A DNA stretch of 64,000 nt from Malacoraja senta (taxonomy: Eukaryota): contig JAXLNO010000143.1 of the NCBI GenBank assembly GCA_038087875.1, forward strand, positions 124,001 through 188,000. Reading direction: 5' to 3'. The notes under the pieces are model-generated. The model saw only the letters and a program-made list of their open reading frames with translations. It was not told where the DNA came from and ran no database searches. Position 1 is the first letter of the stretch, and every line of letters starts with the position of its first letter. A program made the position numbers and the translations under genes. This document shows positions 50,363 through 63,252 of the stretch, one piece after another.

Positions 50363-52429
50363 GATAGACAATAGGTGCAGGAGTAGGCCATTCGGCCCTT
50401 CGAGCCAGCACCGCCATTCAATGTGATCATGGCTGACCATCCACAATCAGTACCCCATTCCTGCCTTCTCCCCATATCCCTTGAGTCCGCTATCTTTAAG
50501 AGTTTTATCTAACTCTCTCTTGAGAGCATCCAGAGACTCGGCCGCCACTGCCTTCTGAGGCAGAGAATTCCAGATTCACAATTCACTGTGTGATAAGTTT
50601 AATGTGGATAAATGTGAGGTTATCCACTATGGTAGCAAAAACAGGAAGGCAGATTACTATCTAAATGGCGTCAAGTTGGGAAAAGGGGAAGTACAACGGG
50701 ATCTGGGGGTCCTTGTACATTAGTCTATGAAAGTAAGCATGCAGGTACAGCAGGCTGTGAAGAAAGCAAATGGCATGTTGGCCTTTATAACAAGAGGAAT
50801 CGAATATAGGAGCAAAGAGGTCCTTCTGCTGTTGTACAGAGCCCTAGTGAGACCACACCTGGAGTATTGTGTGCAGTTTTGGTCCCCTAATTTGAGGAAG
50901 GACATTCTTGCTATTGAGTGAGTGCAGCGTAGGTTTACAAGGTTAATTCCCGGGATGGCGGGACTGTCATATGCTGAGAGAATGGAGCAACTGGGCTTGT
51001 ACACTCTGGAGTTTAGAAGGATGAGAGGGCATCTCATTGAAACATATAAGATTGTTAAGGGCTTGGACACGCTAGAGGCAGGAAACATGTTCCCGATGTT
51101 GGGGGAGTCCAGAACCAGGGGCCACAGTTTAAGCATAAGGAGTAAGCCATTTAGAACGGAGACGAGGAAACATTTTTTCTCACAGAGTGGTGAGTCTGTG
51201 GAATTCTCTGCCTCAGAGGGTGGTGGAGGCAGGTTCTCTGGATGCTTTCAAGAGAGAGCTAGATAGTGCTCTTAAAAATAGCGGTCGGGATATAGGGAGA
51301 AGGCAGGAACGGGGTACTGATTGGGGATGATCAGCCATGATCACATTGAATGGCGGTGCTGGCTCGAAGGGCCGAATGGCCTACTCCTGCACCTATTGTG
51401 TATTGTCTAAAAAGTTTTTCCTCATCTCCATTCTAAATGTTCTACTCCTTATTCTTAAACTGGATCTGGACTCCCCGAATATCGGGAACATGTTTCCTGC
51501 CGAGAGGATTTGAGTATAGTGGCAAAGAGGTCCTTCTGTAGTTATACAGGTCCATGTTGAGACCACACCTGGAGTATTGTGTGCCATTTTGCTCTCCTAA
51601 TTTGAGAATGTTCAGGGAGTCCTGAACCAGGGGCCACAGTTTAAGAACAAGGGGTAGGCTATTTAGAAGTGAGATGAGGAAAAACATTTTCACCCAGAGT
51701 TGCGAATTTATGGAATTCTCTTCCTCAGAAGGCAGTGGCGGGCGATTCACTGGATGCATTCAAGAGAGAGTTAAATAGAGCTCTGAGGGCTAGCGGAGAC
51801 AAGGGATACGGGGAGAAGGCAGGAACGGGGTAGTGATTGTGGATGATCACACTTGATCACATTGAATGTCTTGAAGGGCCAAGTGGCCTACTCCTGCACC
51901 TATTGTCTATGTCTATGGTCTTAATTCATCTGCCTGGTTACAAATGCTTCATTAGTTCACATAATAGACTTTTATCCTTCAACACACATTTCTTGGAGGT
52001 GACACCATGTACCCATGTTACCGTCAAACATACTCTCTACATTACATCATGCTTGTTATTACTATATTTAAAATTATACTCTGTGGTCATGATTTTTCTC
52101 TTGATGTTTATAAATATCCATACAGTTAAACACAGCTGCCATTTGGAATTAAATAGCGGCATCTTACCTCCAAGATATTCATGGTGACAGACAAACATCA
52201 TGAAGGGATTCTTTACAGATTGGCCACTATTAACCTCTCACATTTTGAATGCTTCCTCAGAAGAGTAATCTTCTGCACAGCATCTGCATCATGGTAGTAT
52301 TATATTCTGAGATACTTCTAAAAAGATAACATCGTTTGTGAATCATTGACCATTTTCAGTACAAAGTCCAGCCACTTTCAATAATGCCAACACCCTGATT
52401 AGTTCTTAATTTTGCATTGTCTGTTTCAG

Positions 52430-52701
52430 TTTGTGAAGCCTGCGAGAATCTTTTTATTGAAGAATGCCCTGTGCACGGCCCACCAGTCTTTATGAAGGAC
52501 ACTGTCGTTGATTCCAATCACCCAGTTAGAGCACGTTTAACTCTTCCAGAGGGTCTCAGCATTGCCACGTCCAAAATTCGTAAAGCTGGTCTTGGCGTCT
52601 GGAATGAAGGGAAGGTTATTCCCAGGGGCGTTCATTTTGGACCCTATGAAGGAGAAGTTTCAAGTGAAGAAGAAGCTGCTGTCAGTGGGTATTCATGGGT
52701 G
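52430..52701 (+). pseudogene. PRDM9: PRDM9 zinc-knuckle/PR-SET exon 1, plus copy (open frame; downstream SET exons absent)
   Basis: tttcAG|TT CEACENLFIEECPVHGPP...AGLGVWNE...HFGPYEG...SGYSWV|GTAAGT, 272 nt. Confidence 0.93.
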
Positions 52702-52930
52702 GTAAGTGATTCCAATAGTTAATCATGGAAAATACTCAGCAGGTTTAATAATATTTGTTGATGAAAGATCATCCTGAAATGTGAGCTGTGTTTTATCCTG
52801 CACAGATGCTGCCTGACTTGCTGGGTATCTCCTGAATGCTCTGTTTTTATTACAAAGTGTTTGTAGTTGAATTATTTTGCAGTCTAATCAGAGTCATCAA
52901 GTCAAGAGTCTAGAGAATTTTATTGTCATA

Positions 52931-53525
52931 CTAGACTAAGTGGGACCCGTTGGGTCCCATGTTCACACGGGAGGGCTGGTCCCCCAACGCAATATTCCAC
53001 CACTCACCTGTTCCCCCAACTCAACGACGGGAGCGTTCTGTAGCCGGGGGAGGGGGCCGGGGGGGCGGAGTTGTGGGGGTAGGGGAGGTGGTGCGTGGAA
53101 AGGGGTGTATTTGGGAGGGGGTGGTGTGTGTGGTGGGGGTAGTGTGGGGGAGGGGAGTGTGGAGTAATGTGTGGGAGGGGAGGGTGGGGGTGAGGGCATG
53201 GGGGATTGGTGGGGCTTGTGCGGGGAGGAGATGTATGTGGGAGGGGGCAGTGTGGGCCCCCGCTCACAGAACACAGACCCCGCTCCTTCAGCTTTATTCT
53301 CGTGGCCGGTGATTGACAGCAGGAGCCGGAAGGGGCGTTGCCGTCCTGGCGAATAACAGACCAATAACTTTCCTCATATTTCACCGATCGGAACAAAACT
53401 TGGTGCGCTTGGAGCAGAAGAGAACGGTGATAAGGTGGCTTAAAAACCCTAGCGATATAGGATACCTTAGTCTACAACGCAGTGGTCAAGGTGAGAGTTT
53501 TAGTAATAGTGTAGAAGAAGATAGA
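52931..53525 (-). mobile_element. Non-autonomous Helitron (copy in arm 2)
   Basis: On minus: A|TC...GGGACCCAACGGGTCCC-ACTTAGT-CTAG|T; perfect hairpin and A|T insertion site. Confidence 0.8.
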
Positions 53526-55267
53526 TGTCCCAGATAGAACATCGAAATTCTTACTGGCTGCAGCACAACAGAATATGTAAACATTGTACAGAAACATAAA
53601 GTTTCTTTTTGATAAAGAAACAGTTCAAAGCTAACTGAAAAGCAGTGATTCCCAGTTCACTGCTCAGACAGGCATCCCTCTCCCTCACCCAATCTCTGAG
53701 CTAAATCAGTGCTCCATCTCCTTCCTGCTCTGCTGCCCCTCTTTCACCCTGAGGTCTGACCTCCTTGTTTGAGAATGCATTGGACATTTCTAACCAGTAA
53801 GAAATCATTAGAACAGTGACATTACCAAAATTAAAGAACCTATTACAACCCGACAAAGCTTGAAATTGTGCAAAATGTTTATTATATTCTTAGAGTTTCT
53901 TTGCCGTGTGATTTCATTCGCAGGAATGTTGGAGTTCTCTGATATAAAAGTGTAATAAAGTAAAATAGGTTAAGTGGTCGTTAGTTGAAGGCATAATACT
54001 GGGAACTGTGTAAGCTTCACGTTTGTTTTCTTTATCAATGCTGGAGAAACTCAGCGGGTGCAGCAGCATCTATGGAGCGAAGGAGATAGGCAACGTTTCG
54101 GGCCGAAACCCTTCTTCAGACTGATAGGGGGTGGGAGGAGGCGGGGAGAAGAAAGGAAACAGGAGGACGATGAGCCCGAGGATTTCTTCATATGAAAGTC
54201 CTGACATACCAGGAATCAGTCTGGTGAACCTTCTCTGTACTCCCTCTATGGCAAGAATGTCTTTCCTCAGATTTGGAGACCAAAACTGTACGCAATACTC
54301 CAGGTGTGGTCTCACCAAGGCCCTGTACAACTGCAGTAGAACCTCCCTGTTCCTATACTCAAATCCTTTTGCTATGAATGCTAACATACCATTCGATGGA
54401 TAGGTGACGTTTCACATAGTGCTGGAGTAACTCAGTGGGTCAGGCAGCATCTTTGCAGAACATGGAGAGGTGACGTTTCGGGTCAGGACCCTTCTTCACA
54501 TTGTACTAAAAGAAATACATTAAGACCAACTAAAATATGGGTGGCACAGTAGTAGAGTTACTGTCTTACAGTAGCAGAAACCTGTGTTTGATCCTGATCT
54601 CTGGTGCTGTCTGCAGAGTTTGTATGCTCTCTCTGCGACCACAGAGATTTTCTCTGGGTGTCTGCTTTCCTCCCACATACCAAAGCTGTGCAGGTTTGTA
54701 AGTTAGTCGGCATCTGTAAATTGTCCCTAGTGTAGTTAGGGAATGGGTGATTGCTGGTCAGCATGGACTCAGTGGGCCAAAGGGCCCATTTCCATGCTAT
54801 CTTTCCAATCTAGGGACTACTGGAATGGGCTGGATTAATAAATTGTAATTGGCTTAAAATAAAGGCCATGAATATTAAACTCTAACTTTAGCACTAATTT
54901 AACCAGGGAATATAACTAGGTCTAAACAGTACTGGAGGTACTCAATGTGTCAGGCACCATCTGTCTGAACACAAAGTGGATGGACAGACATTTTGGGTCA
55001 GGAACCTTCTTCAGACTGATGGAGTAGGGCAGAGAAAGTGGGGAGAGAGAAGGGAGCAGGAAAATGCCTGGCGAGTGATAGGTGGATACAGGTGAGGGGG
55101 AGGTTGGCAGATGGATGGAGTAAGTGACAAAAGGCTGGAGGTGAAAAGGAGACAAAGGTTGTCAGATAAGGAGATGAGAGCATTGAAATGTAAAGCCAGA
55201 GGGATGGATATGGGTGCAAGGGGTAGGAGGGAAATATAAGACTCAAGGATGAGTGATGAGCGTAGAG

Positions 55268-56310
55268 TAGTAATGTTACAAAATTTTGAGATTTTAAAAA
55301 TAAAGTCTGCAATTTATCCCATCAGATAACGCATAAAAAGAAGTTTAATTTGACACTTAATTCACTTTCATATCTTCAGTATTAAAAAAGTTATGGCCAT
55401 TATCATACTCAGAAATTAGCATCTAGTTCCCTATTGCTATTCCATTGACTGAACACAAAAGCTGTGATCGAGGACAGTTAAAAGCCCATAACTTTCTTAG
55501 AAATTATGATAACTGAAAGAAATTTTCAGTTATTATAGATTGAAGCATTCTGAAACAAATATGAAACAATCTTACTTCGAAGACATGAAAGTAAAGCATA
55601 TAATTAGTTAGTTACCTAATTGTAGCTAATTACAAAATTCAATTACTAGATCTAAACATCTATCAATTTCTTAATTTCTTTAAGCCAACATTTTTAAATA
55701 GCCTAAGTGTCCAAATAACATTCACACAATAATTCACAATATAACATAATTTTTAAATCTAATTTTCATGAATTTACAGGCCAAATGGAAGGATTTGAAT
55801 GTTTAATACCTGTAAATTAATGGGGATTTAATTCATCTTGCGAGTGAGGATTACTGGAACGCGATCTTTTGGAACGTTCATTTGCGGTGAATTTAACCCC
55901 GTATTGGCATGAAAAATACTGCCGTTAATTCGGGGAATAAAATCACCGTGTCGCATGTAAAAATGTGAATTAAAGGCCTCTTAAGGAGAACGTTTATACA
56001 TTAAAATAAAGCACTTTCGTTTACCTTTCCCTTGTGTGAAATCCGTCCCCGTTGTTGGCGTTGACGCTTCAGAAGATGATTTTAAAATGATTCCAACGCT
56101 GAACTTGTTGGGAGATTTTTAAAACAAACTACGCAAAACGGCACTCGGACGCTTCTTCCACAGAGGCTGGTACTCCAACAAAGTATAATTCAGGACAAGG
56201 GAGGAGAAACCCGCGCTTTAACCCCGCCCCCCCTTAAAGGCGCCAAAATCGCGCACACGGCCAGTGACAGAATTACAGCGCCGCTGAAGGCAAGTATTGT
56301 AACATACCTA
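55268..56310. mobile_element. Non-autonomous TIR DNA transposon, probably related to the adjacent Academ-like element
   Basis: Ends TAGTAATGTTACAA...TTGTAACATACCTA, flanked by the direct repeat CGTAGAG. Confidence 0.82.
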
Positions 56311-56949
56311 CGTAGAGGGGTAGGAGCAATGACTGAGGTTTTGGGGAAGTGTGGACACCAGGGTGGGGGTGCAGGGTAAGACGGGAGTTTCCATCAGTAT
56401 GCTCATCTCCCTCTCAGAGTCCCATATTTCCCTTTTACCCCTTCACCCCCACCCTGCCCCATTACACCTGTATACCTCCTTCAAGCTTTACATTTCACAC
56501 CTCCTCTCCTTCTGAAACATTCTCACCTTTACATCTCTAGTTTTTGTCACTTACTCCACAATCACCCCCTCACCTTATTCAGGAGGAGCGGGTACTATGA
56601 TATGCTTCTTTCTCTAGCTATTCTGCAGCCTCTGCCCCTCCACTTGAACTTGAACTAACTTATCTATGGCAGTAAATTACAGTGTAAGTCTCATTGACAT
56701 TAAGAAGAGATTGACATTTTATGAATTGAAGTCCATGAATTGAAGTCCATGCAGACCTAAATACTTTGAGATTTTTTTTTCTGCAGCTTCTACCCCTCCA
56801 CTCTTCAGAGCCAGTTCACACAAAAGTGCCATAATGAACACTAATTTGATCATTTGCAGATTTGCCATCCCATCTACCTGGACATGCTTACATGTATAAT
56901 TACCCCATTGATATGTTGATATTGTCTTACCTAATATAAAACATGAAAA

Positions 56950-59293
56950 GATGTAAAATACTCCGACACATTTTATCTTCTATTATTAGGAGGCAGCAGT
57001 GTATCCCGGGTTATCATGCAGAGTGCTATCATCACTTCTGCAACATAACAATAAATCGAGCTATAGCAAGGTCTAGAAGGATGAAAGGTAATGATGGGAC
57101 TCAAACAACAATTCTTTTTATTTACGGTCATATGATGTTACTTTGAAAAATGAAAAGATATATTTGAAGATGTTGATTTATTTTACTTTTCATTCCTTTT
57201 CTGTTTTCTTTTTCCTCTTTCAATTGAGTTCAAGACCCTGAAAAGCCTGAAGCAGGTGAATCACCTCATGAGGCAGTTCCTGATGGTGAAGCAGATGAGA
57301 CGGCCCCAAATAGACTGCTTCGATCCATGACAAGTGATGGTCAACAAACATGGAATTGGGTGGAAAATTGTAGGTGGCGAATTGGACATTGACTAGGGTG
57401 ATCTGCCTCCAGCCCCAAGCACCTTGCTAGAATTAACATACTGTTCATGCAAGAAAACAAACTGAGAAATCAAGTACAGGGAAGGAAGATGCTCATGTCA
57501 ACAGCATGGTGAGCCATGTACAGATTTATGTCAGTGTGTTGACTGCAGAAACTCTATTACTGCAAAAGACTTGGAATCTGATGAAGAATATGCAGATGAA
57601 GATCAGATCCAGTTTAAATTCCAATTTGGAATATTTTGGAGGACCAAGAAACCAAGAAGTAATGTAAACAAATAAATTGGGGAAATAATTGATTATATAA
57701 AGTTTTATTTTAATGTCGATCGTTTCACTGTTTATTTGGTCAAATTATTTAAACAATGAGTGAATTACTTATGATAATGGCGTGCTGGTGAATGACAGTG
57801 CAACAGTCCACCCACCCATCCACACAGACATACATACACACATACATACATCCGTACGCACACTTCCATGCATGCACACATACATCCACGCATCCACACA
57901 CATCTGCACACACACACATCCACCCGCATGCAGACATACATGCACACATCCATCCAGACATATACATCCACACACACACACAGCCACACATCCATCCATT
58001 CACCCACACATACATCCACACATCTACAGATACACGTTTGACAGGTATACACAGACACACACACAAACTAGATACTCAAACAATGCAACACTTTTAGGGT
58101 TCTTTTAGGTTAAAGCTAATAGCCCTCATTTGCAAAGGCACCATGAGGGGGTCTGTAACATAAATATAGGCTCATTGTAGCTTAAAATGAATACTCGTCG
58201 AGTAAACATCAGAGCATTAGATTCTTGGTCAGGATGTAACATTTACATCAGAATTAAGACTTTACTCTTACAGGTCTGTCCCCCAACCTGGCACTGCCCC
58301 AGTCCCACTATGGCCACGACCCCCACTCTCCCCACTATGGCAGTCAGTGGGGTTCAGTAAACGGGGGAACCCAGAGGATCTGTCCTGATCCTTTAATTAG
58401 GCAGGTTCATGAGCCCATAAAACCTGGGACCTCTGCGGCAGTCTCATTCATTTTCCTATTAAAGTGACTGGAAGATGCCTTGCAGGTCTGTCCCCCAGCC
58501 TGGCACTGCCCCAGACCCACTATGGCCATGACCCCCACTCTGCACACTGGCAGTCAGTGGGGTTCAGTAAAGGGAGGAATCCACAAGAACTGCCCTCACC
58601 CATTAATTAGGCTGGTTCAGGAGCCAGACCTCTGGAGCAGTCTCATTCAAAAAACACTCACAATTATATTCATTATATTATTTTTATATAGAAACATAGA
58701 AAATAGGTGCAGGAGTAGGCCATTCGGCCCTTCGAGCCTGCACCGCCATTCAATATGATCATGGCTGATCATCCAACTCAGTATCCTGTACCTTTTTTTT
58801 CAAAGCCACATTATAATATATGATTAGTCATATTTACGTCATATATATATATATAGGTATAATAATATAGTTTAAATGGACTGCAACACGGAAATAGGCT
58901 GCCCATGGTGTAATATTGGCCACTAGATGGCGCTTACTTTCCCGATCTCAATTTCTAATAAGTTTAATTACTTAATGTGCAACTTTTGGCACTGAGTTAT
59001 GACTTTCTTCTCAATTATATTTCATCTAAATCTATGGAAAATGTCATGTAGTTGCGAGATGTGGGTCACGAAAATGGATTTCTAGACACATTTTTGACGC
59101 TCGACCCACAGCCTAAATGGAAAAGCAATAGAGAACAAGATGCTAATTTCCTAGTATAAAAATGGCCATAACTTTGTTAATACTGAAGATATGAAAGTGA
59201 ATTAGGTGTCAAATTAAACTTCTTTTTATGTTTTATTTGAAGGGATAAATTACAGGCTTGGTTTAAAATCTCAAAATGTTGTAACATTCCTAC
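56950..59293 (+). mobile_element. Academ-like DNA transposon remnant, internally deleted
   Basis: GYHAECYHHF at about 57010; GWKIVGGELDID*GDLPPAPSTLLELTYCSCKK..CSCQQHGEPCTDLCQCVDCRN plus an acidic tail at about 57355-57610 (CXC-type C-terminus); terminal 59110-59293 is the inverse of 55268-55450. Confidence 0.68.
57808..58065. repeat. Degenerate (CA)n/(CATA)n microsatellite
   Basis: Directly visible. Confidence 0.9.
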
Positions 59294-59699
59294 ATAGTAA
59301 ATGTTTACCTGCAGTTCACCGCATGTCCTCCAGTTGGCTTCACTGCATGTCCTCCAGTTGGCTTCACCGCATGTCCTCCAGTTGGCGCTGCGTGGCAACA
59401 GTACAGGTGACGGGTCGTGCAACCTCCCTATGGGACTGGTGTTTGAGAGATGAGTGAAGAGAGGAAGGGAAAGGACCCGGTGTTGGTTGGTGAATGAGTG
59501 AGTGAGTGAGTGAGGTGGGGAATGTGCTCACCAGGGTGAGGGAGGCGGAGTGAAGGGAAGGACGTTCATCTCCATCTTCTTGCCCCATATTTCCCTTTGA
59601 CCTTCCCACCCACCTCCCTCTGGCTTTACATTTCCCAGCTCGTCCTGATCCAACAAGTTTCATCACTTTCACCTTCATCTTTGTCACTGACTCCACCAT

Positions 59700-60075
59700 C
59701 TGCCAGCGGCGCAGCAGCCTCTGCCCTCGCTTTCCCTCCTCCCGCATGACAGAGCCGAGCCGCCCGGAGCCGAACCGCCCACCGGGGCTGAGAGACCGCG
59801 GCTGCCCCCCCAGGTTGGGAGCGGGTCCCAACCTGCAGCGGTGGGTGGGGTTGTGGGGCGAGGCCCGTCTATGCCTCAGCCCACCCGCCGACAAAATGGC
59901 CGCCGCGGCCTCCTGTCACATGGCAGGCGACAGACTACAAAAATGGCCGCCGAATGACCGCTCACGACTAAAAAAATGGCCACATCGGCGACTACAAAAA
60001 TGGCCGCCGCCGCAGCGTATACGAAAATGGCCGCCAAAGCGACTACAAAAAAGGCCGCCAGAGAGCTACAAAAAT
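59700..60075. promoter_or_regulatory. CpG-rich segment with tandem AAAATGGCCGCC (YY1-like) motifs
   Basis: Six copies or variants at about 59892-60060, mostly about 30 nt apart. Confidence 0.4.
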
Positions 60076-60156
60076 TGTGTAGGTTTTCGTTGCAGTTGAT
60101 TGAAGACACAAATGTGACATTTTATTTTTTGATATTTACATTTGATTAATACAAGA

Positions 60157-62700
60157 TGACGTTACGGGTCGAGACCCTTCTTCAGACTGATGTGGGGATG
60201 GGAGGCGGGAGGAAGAAAGGAAGAGGCAGAGACAGTAGGCTGTGGGAGAGATGGGAAGGGAAGGAGGGAGAAAGCAAGGACTACCTGAAATTGGAGAAGT
60301 CAATGTTCATACCGCTGGGGTGTAAACTGCCCAAGCGAAATATGAGGTGTTGCTCCTCCAATTTATGGTGAGACTCACTCTGGCCATGGAGGAGGCCCAG
60401 GACAGAAAGGTCGGATTCGGAATGGGAGGGGGCGTTGAAGTGCTGAGCCACCGGGAGATCGGGTTGGTTAATGCGAACAGAGGTGTTGGGCAAAGCGATC
60501 GCCAAGCCTGCGCTTGGTCTCACCGATGTAGAGCAGTTGACACTTAGAACAGCGGATGCAATAGGTGAGGTTGGAGGAGGTGCAGGTGAACCTCTGCCTC
60601 ACCTGGAAAGACTGCTTGGGTCCTTGGATGGCGTCTTGGGGGGAGGTAAAATGACAAGTGTAGCATTTCCTGCGGCTGCAAGGGAAAGTGCCAGGGGAGG
60701 GGGTGGTTTGGGTGGGAAGGGACAAATTAACCAGGGAGTTATGGAGGGAGCGGTCTCTGCGGAAAGCCAAAAGGGGAGGAGATGGGAAGATGTGCCAAGT
60801 GGTGGGATCCCGTTGGAGGTGGCGAAAATGTCGGAGGGTTATCTGTTGTATCTGATGGCTGGTGGGATGGAAGGTGAGGACAAGGGGGACTCTGTCCTTG
60901 TTACGGGTGGGGGGGGGGATGGGGAGTGAGAGCTGAGCTACGGGATAGAGGGGAGACCCTGGTGAGAGCCTCATCTATAATCGAAGAAGGGAACCCCCGT
61001 TTCCTAAAGAATGAGGTTTGGAACACCTCATCCTGGGTGCAGATGTGGCATAGAGGAATTTGGGAGTAGGGGATAGAGTCCTTACAGGAAGCAGGATGGG
61101 AAGAAGTGTAGTCCAGATAGCTGAAATGGATGAAGTCAGTGAGTTGTGCATGGGTGCAGGAGGTAGCACCAATGCAGTCGTCGATGTGGCGGAGGTAGAG
61201 TTCGGGGATAGGGCCCTGGTACGTCTCGAACAGGGATTGTTCGATGTACCCTACAAAGAGGCAGGCATAGCTGTGGCCCATGCGCGTGCCCATAGCTTTG
61301 CCTTGGATTTGGAGGAAATGGGAGAAGTTAAAGGAAAAGTTGTTGAGGGTAAGGACCAGCTCCGCTAGGCGGAGGAGAGTATCAGTAGACGGGGATTGGT
61401 TGGTTCTGTGGTCGAGGAAGAAACGGAGGGCTTTAAAACCCTCCTGGTGTGGGATGGAGGTGTGGAGTGACTGGACATCCATGGTGAATGGGGGCTGGAA
61501 AACGGAAGTCATGGAGGAGACTCGGGTAAAGCGACGGCTGTGAGCTGCTGGAGGGCGGTGGAGTGGCGAGGGTCAGTAGAGTCAATGGTGGAGGCCCACG
61601 GGGAGTGGAATCTGTGTCAGCGGGCAAAGCATCGGAAGTAGCGGTTAGCGGATGGCCGGTGAGGCTCGGCGGTCCCGGTGAGGCGGCGATAGTCGAAGGT
61701 ACCGGTGAGGCGGCGAGGGTCGGAGGTACCGGTGAGGCAGTGAGAGTCGGCGTTATCAGTGAGGCGGCGATAGTTGGCGGTCCCTGTGAGTTAACGAGGA
61801 TCGTCCTCATCGGTGACTGGGTGAAGGTCGGCGGCAGCGGCCACGTGAAGGTCGGCGACAGCGGCGTCTTCGATGATCCGGGCCTGAGGTCGGTCAGGGT
61901 GGCGGTGAGTGCTGGTGCTGCTCCTCGTGGCAAAGATGGCATCGCGGGACTGGGCCTGGTGGTGTTGGGGCAGGCGGCGCGGGCCAGTGTTGGGGCCCGG
62001 GGCCTGCAGGCGGTCGACAAGTAGGAAGCGTGGAGGTTGGGAGGTGAAACTAGGGCAAGACTTGCACAGTAGATTGCAGGGTCCTGGAGATTGTGACAGA
62101 AGTGAAACTTCCCCGACCTCAGTACAGAAAGTATGTGCGATCGCCAAGCCCTGTACATTTCAGTGGGGTGGGGCGGTTTGCAGGCAGCTTTACTCTCTCC
62201 ACAGTTACTGCCTGACCTTCTGGGCGTTTCCAGATGTGCACAGCCCACAGACGGGGCAGCTGTGGTTGGGTTGTTCAATGGACAGCGAAATGAAACAGAT
62301 GCTGCCCAGCACTGCACGCACAGACTGTGAACAAACTGCCCTCGGCTTCACGTTCAATCTGCAGAGTCGGTATTTATTGCACGGACACTTTCTTTTCAGC
62401 ATCACATGTAATCAATGAACTGATCATTAACTTTAACCCAACGGGCAATTCAAAGCACAAGGCATTGGGCAGAGAGCGAGGGGTCGGAAACACAGCGTCA
62501 AACTCACGACTAAACTCCACCCCACGACTAAACTCCACCCCACGACTAAACTCCACCTCACGACTAAACTCCACCTCACGACTAAACTCCACCCCACGAC
62601 TAAACTCCACCCCACGACTAAACTCCACCCCACGACTAAACTCCACCTCACACCTAACCCCCCTCCACTACTCGCCGCCTCTCTGCCGCTCCCGCTATTT
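60157..62700 (-). mobile_element. Penelope-like element, long degenerate copy (RT plus GIY-YIG)
   Basis: FTMDVQSLHTSIPH, GKAMGTRMG, YLRHIDD; CIRCSKCQLLYIGETKR. The 5' boundary is uncertain. Confidence 0.85.
62506..62651. repeat. 18-nt minisatellite CACGACTAAACTCCACCY, about 8 copies
   Basis: Directly visible, no spacers. Confidence 0.92.
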
Positions 62701-62997
62701 ATAGCCCCTCCCCCCCGGCCGTTGGCGGGTGGAAAAGGCGCCAAAAGCCATCGCGAGTCTCCCGTCTCCACCCATCCTCGCTTTCCCGCCGCTGAGGCAC
62801 TTGGGCTCGACGGCAACTTCAGCTCGCGTGCGCTCCTTCCCCCCCCCGGCTCTCTCGGGCAGTGCGCCTGCGCAGCTCTCCGCGCTCGGCCCCTCCCCCC
62901 AGCTGCGGAACAGCGAGGACAGCTCGAGCTCTCAGGGCTTGAGCTGTCCACGGGACTAATGAAATCATTAATAACCAGTGCGTCAGGGACTTGTGTG

Positions 62998-63252
62998 GCA
63001 GCTGCTGCAGTGATGCATCTCCTGCAATGCAGTTGAACCTTGCAGGGAAGCAGCTGCTGCAGTGGTGCATCTCCTGCAATGCAGTTGTATCTTGCAGTGG
63101 CGCAGCTGCTGCAGTGATGCGCCTCCTGCAATGCAGCTGTTGCAGGGGGCAGATATAGCAGCAGAGCGGGTGCTGCAGCGGAGTAGGTTCCTGCATTGAA
63201 GCCCCTCCTGCAGTGGAGCATCTCCTGCAGTGGAGCATCTCCTGCAGCTGCA
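62998..63252. repeat. 52-nt tandem repeat (GCAGCTGCTGCAGTGATGCATCTCCTGCAATGCAG...), about 3 copies plus degenerate subunits
   Basis: Directly visible. Confidence 0.75.

Larger units (their letters stand above)
50363..54039. repeat. Inverted segmental duplication, arm 2
   Basis: Reverse complement of 12822-17313 without the Rex1 and MITE, and with its own CR1 insertion at about 50596-51408. Confidence 0.95.

Noticed and set aside
50363..54039. Inverted duplicate as an assembly or haplotype artefact
   Set aside because: About 4% exon divergence and reciprocal TE insertions argue for a real, older duplication; long reads would still be the proof.
62506..62651. CRISPR-like array
   Set aside because: Head-to-tail 18-mers with no spacers and no cas genes, in a vertebrate context; it is a minisatellite.
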